Virus record (IMG/VR): IMGVR_UViG_2690316345_000022
Source: a virus
Taxonomy: Duplodnaviria; Heunggongvirae; Uroviricota; Caudoviricetes
DNA: 30,122 nt
Strand: one strand, 5' to 3'
Part shown: positions 27,523 through 30,122 of the stretch, piece by piece
How positions within the stretch are numbered: position 1 is the stretch's first letter
How the letters are laid out: the number at the start of each line of letters is the position of its first letter
Made by a program: the position numbers and the translations under genes
The notes under the pieces: model-generated
Told to the model about the DNA's origin: nothing
Seen by the model: the letters and a program-made list of their open reading frames with translations, nothing else
Database searches by the model: none

Positions 27523-28684
27523 TGCTGGATGCGCTGACATTTGATGCAGGCAGTACGCTGACGCCGGATTACATGCTGATGCTCGACAGCAGGGATATTA
27601 CCGGCAATATCAGCGACCGTCTGATGAACATGACCCTGACGGATAACCGGGGCTTTGAGGCTGACCAGCTTGATATTGAACTGAACGATGCCGACGGGCA
27701 GGTCGGGCTGCCGGTTCGTGGCGCTGTCCTGACGGTGTATATCGGCTGGAAAGGTTTTGCCCTGGTATGCAAAGGGAAATTTACCGTTGATGAGGTTGAA
27801 CACCGGGGCGCACCGGATGTGGTCACCATCCGCGCCCGGAGTGCAGATTTTCGCGGGACGCTCAATTCCCGCCGTGAAGGCTCCTGGCATGACACCACGC
27901 TCGGTGCGATTGTTGAGGCGATAGCCTCCCGTAACAGGCTGGAAGCCAGTGTCGTTCCATCACTGGCCGGAATTAAAATCCCGCACATCGACCAGTCGCA
28001 GGAGTCTGATGCAAAATTCCTGACCCGCCTTGCTGAACGCAACGGCGGTGAGGTGTCGGTAAAAATGGGAAAACTGTTGTTTCTCAAGCGGGGCAGGGGG
28101 TGACGGCCAGCGGTAAAAAAGTCCCGCAGGTCACCATAACCCGCAGCGACGGCGACCGCCATCATTTTGCGATTGCTGACCGTGGAGCCTATACCGGCGT
28201 AACGGCAAAGTGGTTACACACCAAAGACCCGAAGCCGCAAAAGCAGAAGGTAAAACTGAAACGCAAAAAGAAAGAGAAACACCTGCGCGCACTGGAGCAC
28301 CCGAAAGCGAAACCAGTCACGCAGAAGAAAGCGCCAAAAGTACCGGAAGCGCGCGAAGGTGAATACATGGCCGGTGAGGCTGACAACGTTTTTGCACTGA
28401 CCACGGTATATGCCACGAAAGCACAGGCCATGCGCGCCGCTCAGGCGAAGTGGGATAAACTGCAACGGGGTGTGGCGGAGTTCTCCATCAGCCTGGCTAC
28501 CGGTCGGGCAGATATTTACACGGAAACACCGGTTAAAGTGTCAGGCTTTAAGCGCGTCATAGACGAGCAGGACTGGACAATCACTAAGGTGACACATTTT
28601 CTGAATAATAGCGGCTTCACGACGTCCTTAGAGCTTGAGGTCAGGCTTTCTGATGTGGAGTACGAAACCGAAGATGATGAGTGA
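27522..28684 (+). pseudogene. D: Tail protein gene D interrupted by an apparent 1-bp deletion (-1 frameshift near 28088); possible sequencing error
   Basis: Two abutting ORFs (27522..28103, 193 aa; 28100..28684, 194 aa) total the expected 387 aa of gpD; the second frame is open upstream and reads ...AGQGVTASGKK across the break. Confidence 0.6.
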
Positions 28685-28765
28685 TGTTTTTATTTTATCT
28701 ATTTGTTTTATAAGGATAAATTAACTAAAATGGCACCATCAACAAAACCGGAAGAGGTGCTCGCG

Positions 28766-28984
28766 ATGTTTCATTGTCCTTTATGCCAGCATGCCGCACA
28801 TGCGCGTACAAGCCGCTATATCACTGACACGACAAAAGAGCGTTATCACCAGTGTCAGAACGTGAATTGCAGCGCCACGTTCATCACTTATGAGTCGGTA
28901 CAGCGATACATCGTGAAGCCGGGAGAAGTCCACGCCGTAAGGCCGCACCCGTTACCATCAGGACAGCAAATTATGTGGATGTGA
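28766..28984 (+). CDS. ogr: Late gene transcriptional activator Ogr (zinc-finger)
   Basis: ORF 28703..28984; ATG at 28766 gives 72 aa MFHCPLCQHAAHARTSRYITDTTKERYHQCQNVNC... with the C-x2-C...C-x4-C zinc motif of Ogr/Delta. Confidence 0.9.
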   Translation: MFHCPLCQHAAHARTSRYITDTTKERYHQCQNVNCSATFITYESVQRYIVKPGEVHAVRPHPLPSGQQIMWM

Positions 28985-28994
28985 TCACAAAAAT

Positions 28995-29020
28995 AGCCCC
29001 TCAGTTGAGGGGCTTATTTA
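28995..29020 (+). terminator. Rho-independent terminator after ogr
   Basis: AGCCCCTCA-GT-TGAGGGGCT hairpin followed by TTATTTA; flanked by A-run on the other side (could act bidirectionally). Confidence 0.6.
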
Positions 29021-29110
29021 TGGTCGATGTGGACGCTATGTGGACAGTGCTTGATATAAATCCATTTATATCATCAGGTTAGGTGCTTTTTTGTGACACC
29101 ATCCCTGTCT
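29021..29110. other. attR: Probable attR junction region (prophage/host boundary); exact core not determinable without attL
   Basis: Lies between ogr, the last phage gene before attP in P2, and host-like sequence; contains a perfect 10-bp inverted repeat at 29052-29073. Confidence 0.4.
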
Positions 29111-29111
29111 T

Positions 29112-29138
29112 CCCCCACATGATGTGGGGGTTTTTTTT
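29112..29138 (+). terminator. Host rho-independent terminator upstream of fieF, resembling the cpxP 3'UTR / CpxQ sRNA terminator
   Basis: CCCCCACATGATGTGGGGG stem-loop followed by TTTTTTTT; preceding GACACCATCCCTGTCTTCCCCCACAT resembles my recollection of CpxQ. Confidence 0.5.
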
Positions 29139-29219
29139 ATCCTCAATTTGCCTGCTGCTTAATGCATTGCAGATGATTTGCTTCCGTTATACTAGCGTCA
29201 GTTGATAGCGGGAGTATTT

Positions 29220-30122
29220 ATGAATCAATCTTATGGACGGCTGGTCAGTCGGGCGGCGATTGCTGCGACGGCGATGGCTTCGCTGCTATTGCTGATTAAA
29301 ATTTTTGCATGGTGGTATACCGGGTCGGTGAGTATTCTCGCCGCGCTGGTGGATTCGCTGGTGGATATCGGCGCGTCGTTGACGAATTTATTGGTGGTGC
29401 GATATTCCCTGCAACCTGCCGACGATAATCACTCGTTTGGTCACGGTAAAGCTGAGTCCCTCGCGGCGCTGGCGCAAAGTATGTTTATCTCCGGTTCGGC
29501 ACTATTCCTGTTTTTGACGGGTATTCAACATCTGATATCTCCAACACCGATGACAGATCCAGGCGTCGGGGTTATCGTGACAATTGTGGCGCTAATTTGT
29601 ACGATTATCCTTGTCTCGTTTCAGCGTTGGGTGGTGCGGCGGACGCAAAGCCAGGCGGTGCGGGCTGATATGCTACATTACCAGTCTGATGTTATGATGA
29701 ACGGCGCAATTCTGCTGGCGCTGGGGTTGTCCTGGTACGGCTGGCATCGCGCCGATGCTCTGTTTGCATTGGGAATCGGCATCTATATTTTATATAGCGC
29801 GTTACGCATGGGATATGAGGCGGTACAGTCATTACTGGATCGCGCATTGCCTGATGAGGAACGGCAAGAAATTATTGATATCGTGACTTCCTGGCCGGGT
29901 GTTAGCGGCGCTCACGATCTTCGCACGCGGCAGTCAGGGCCGACCCGCTTTATTCAGATTCATTTGGAAATGGAAGACTCTCTGCCTTTGGTTCAGGCAC
30001 ATATGGTGGCGGATCAGGTAGAGCAGGCTATTTTACGGCGTTTTCCGGGATCGGATGTAATTATCCATCAGGACCCCTGTTCCGTCGTACCCAGGGAGGG
30101 TAAACGGTCTATGCTTTCATAA
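29220..30122 (+). CDS. fieF: Cation diffusion facilitator family ferrous-iron/zinc efflux transporter FieF (YiiP), host chromosomal gene
   Basis: ORF 29202..30122; ATG at 29220 gives 300 aa [53 protein letters not shown]..., matching E. coli FieF from memory; six TM helices plus C-terminal cytoplasmic domain. Confidence 0.93.

Larger units (their letters stand above)
1..29110. mobile_element. P2-family prophage, right-hand portion (left end lies beyond the window start; right end at attR near 29020-29110)
   Basis: Collinear P2 gene order A-cos-Q-P-O-N-M-L-X-Y-K-lysA-lysB-lysC-R-S-V-W-J-I-H-G-FI-FII-E-T-U-D-ogr with ORF lengths matching P2 proteins; host gene fieF follows immediately. Confidence 0.92.

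Noticed and set aside
28985-29219. tRNA or tmRNA gene as integration target at the prophage end
   Set aside because: No cloverleaf-like or tRNA-like sequence is evident; the flank looks like an mRNA 3'UTR/terminator upstream of fieF.

Overview
This window is the right-hand ~29 kb of a P2-family (Peduovirus-like) prophage in an Enterobacteriaceae chromosome, ending at a junction with host fieF. Calls rest on reading the ORF-track proteins against recalled P2 gene order and lengths; no searches were run. Backbone order on show: small early ORF, replication gene A, cos, Q and P (minus strand), then O-N-M-L-X, lysis genes Y-K-lysA-lysB-lysC, tail genes R-S-V-W-J-I-H-G, FI-FII-E/E'-T-U-D, ogr, and the attR side. 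Two accessory slots carry AT-rich non-backbone cargo. (1) Between A and cos, where P2 has tin/old, sits a C5-cytosine methyltransferase converging on a two-gene minus-strand operon: a DUF262/ParB-like protein (DGSQR motif) and a protein with a C-terminal HEPN-like Rx4H motif. This is the best candidate for an undescribed defence or restriction-like module. (2) Between G and FI, where P2 has Z/fun, sits a single membrane-anchored 197-aa protein of unknown function. Tail gene D is split by an apparent 1-bp deletion, and tail-fibre gene H has 132-bp tandem coding repeats and a compositionally distinct 3' half. The host flank upstream of fieF resembles the cpxP 3'UTR/CpxQ terminator, suggesting integration there. 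No CRISPR, rRNA or tRNA was seen.
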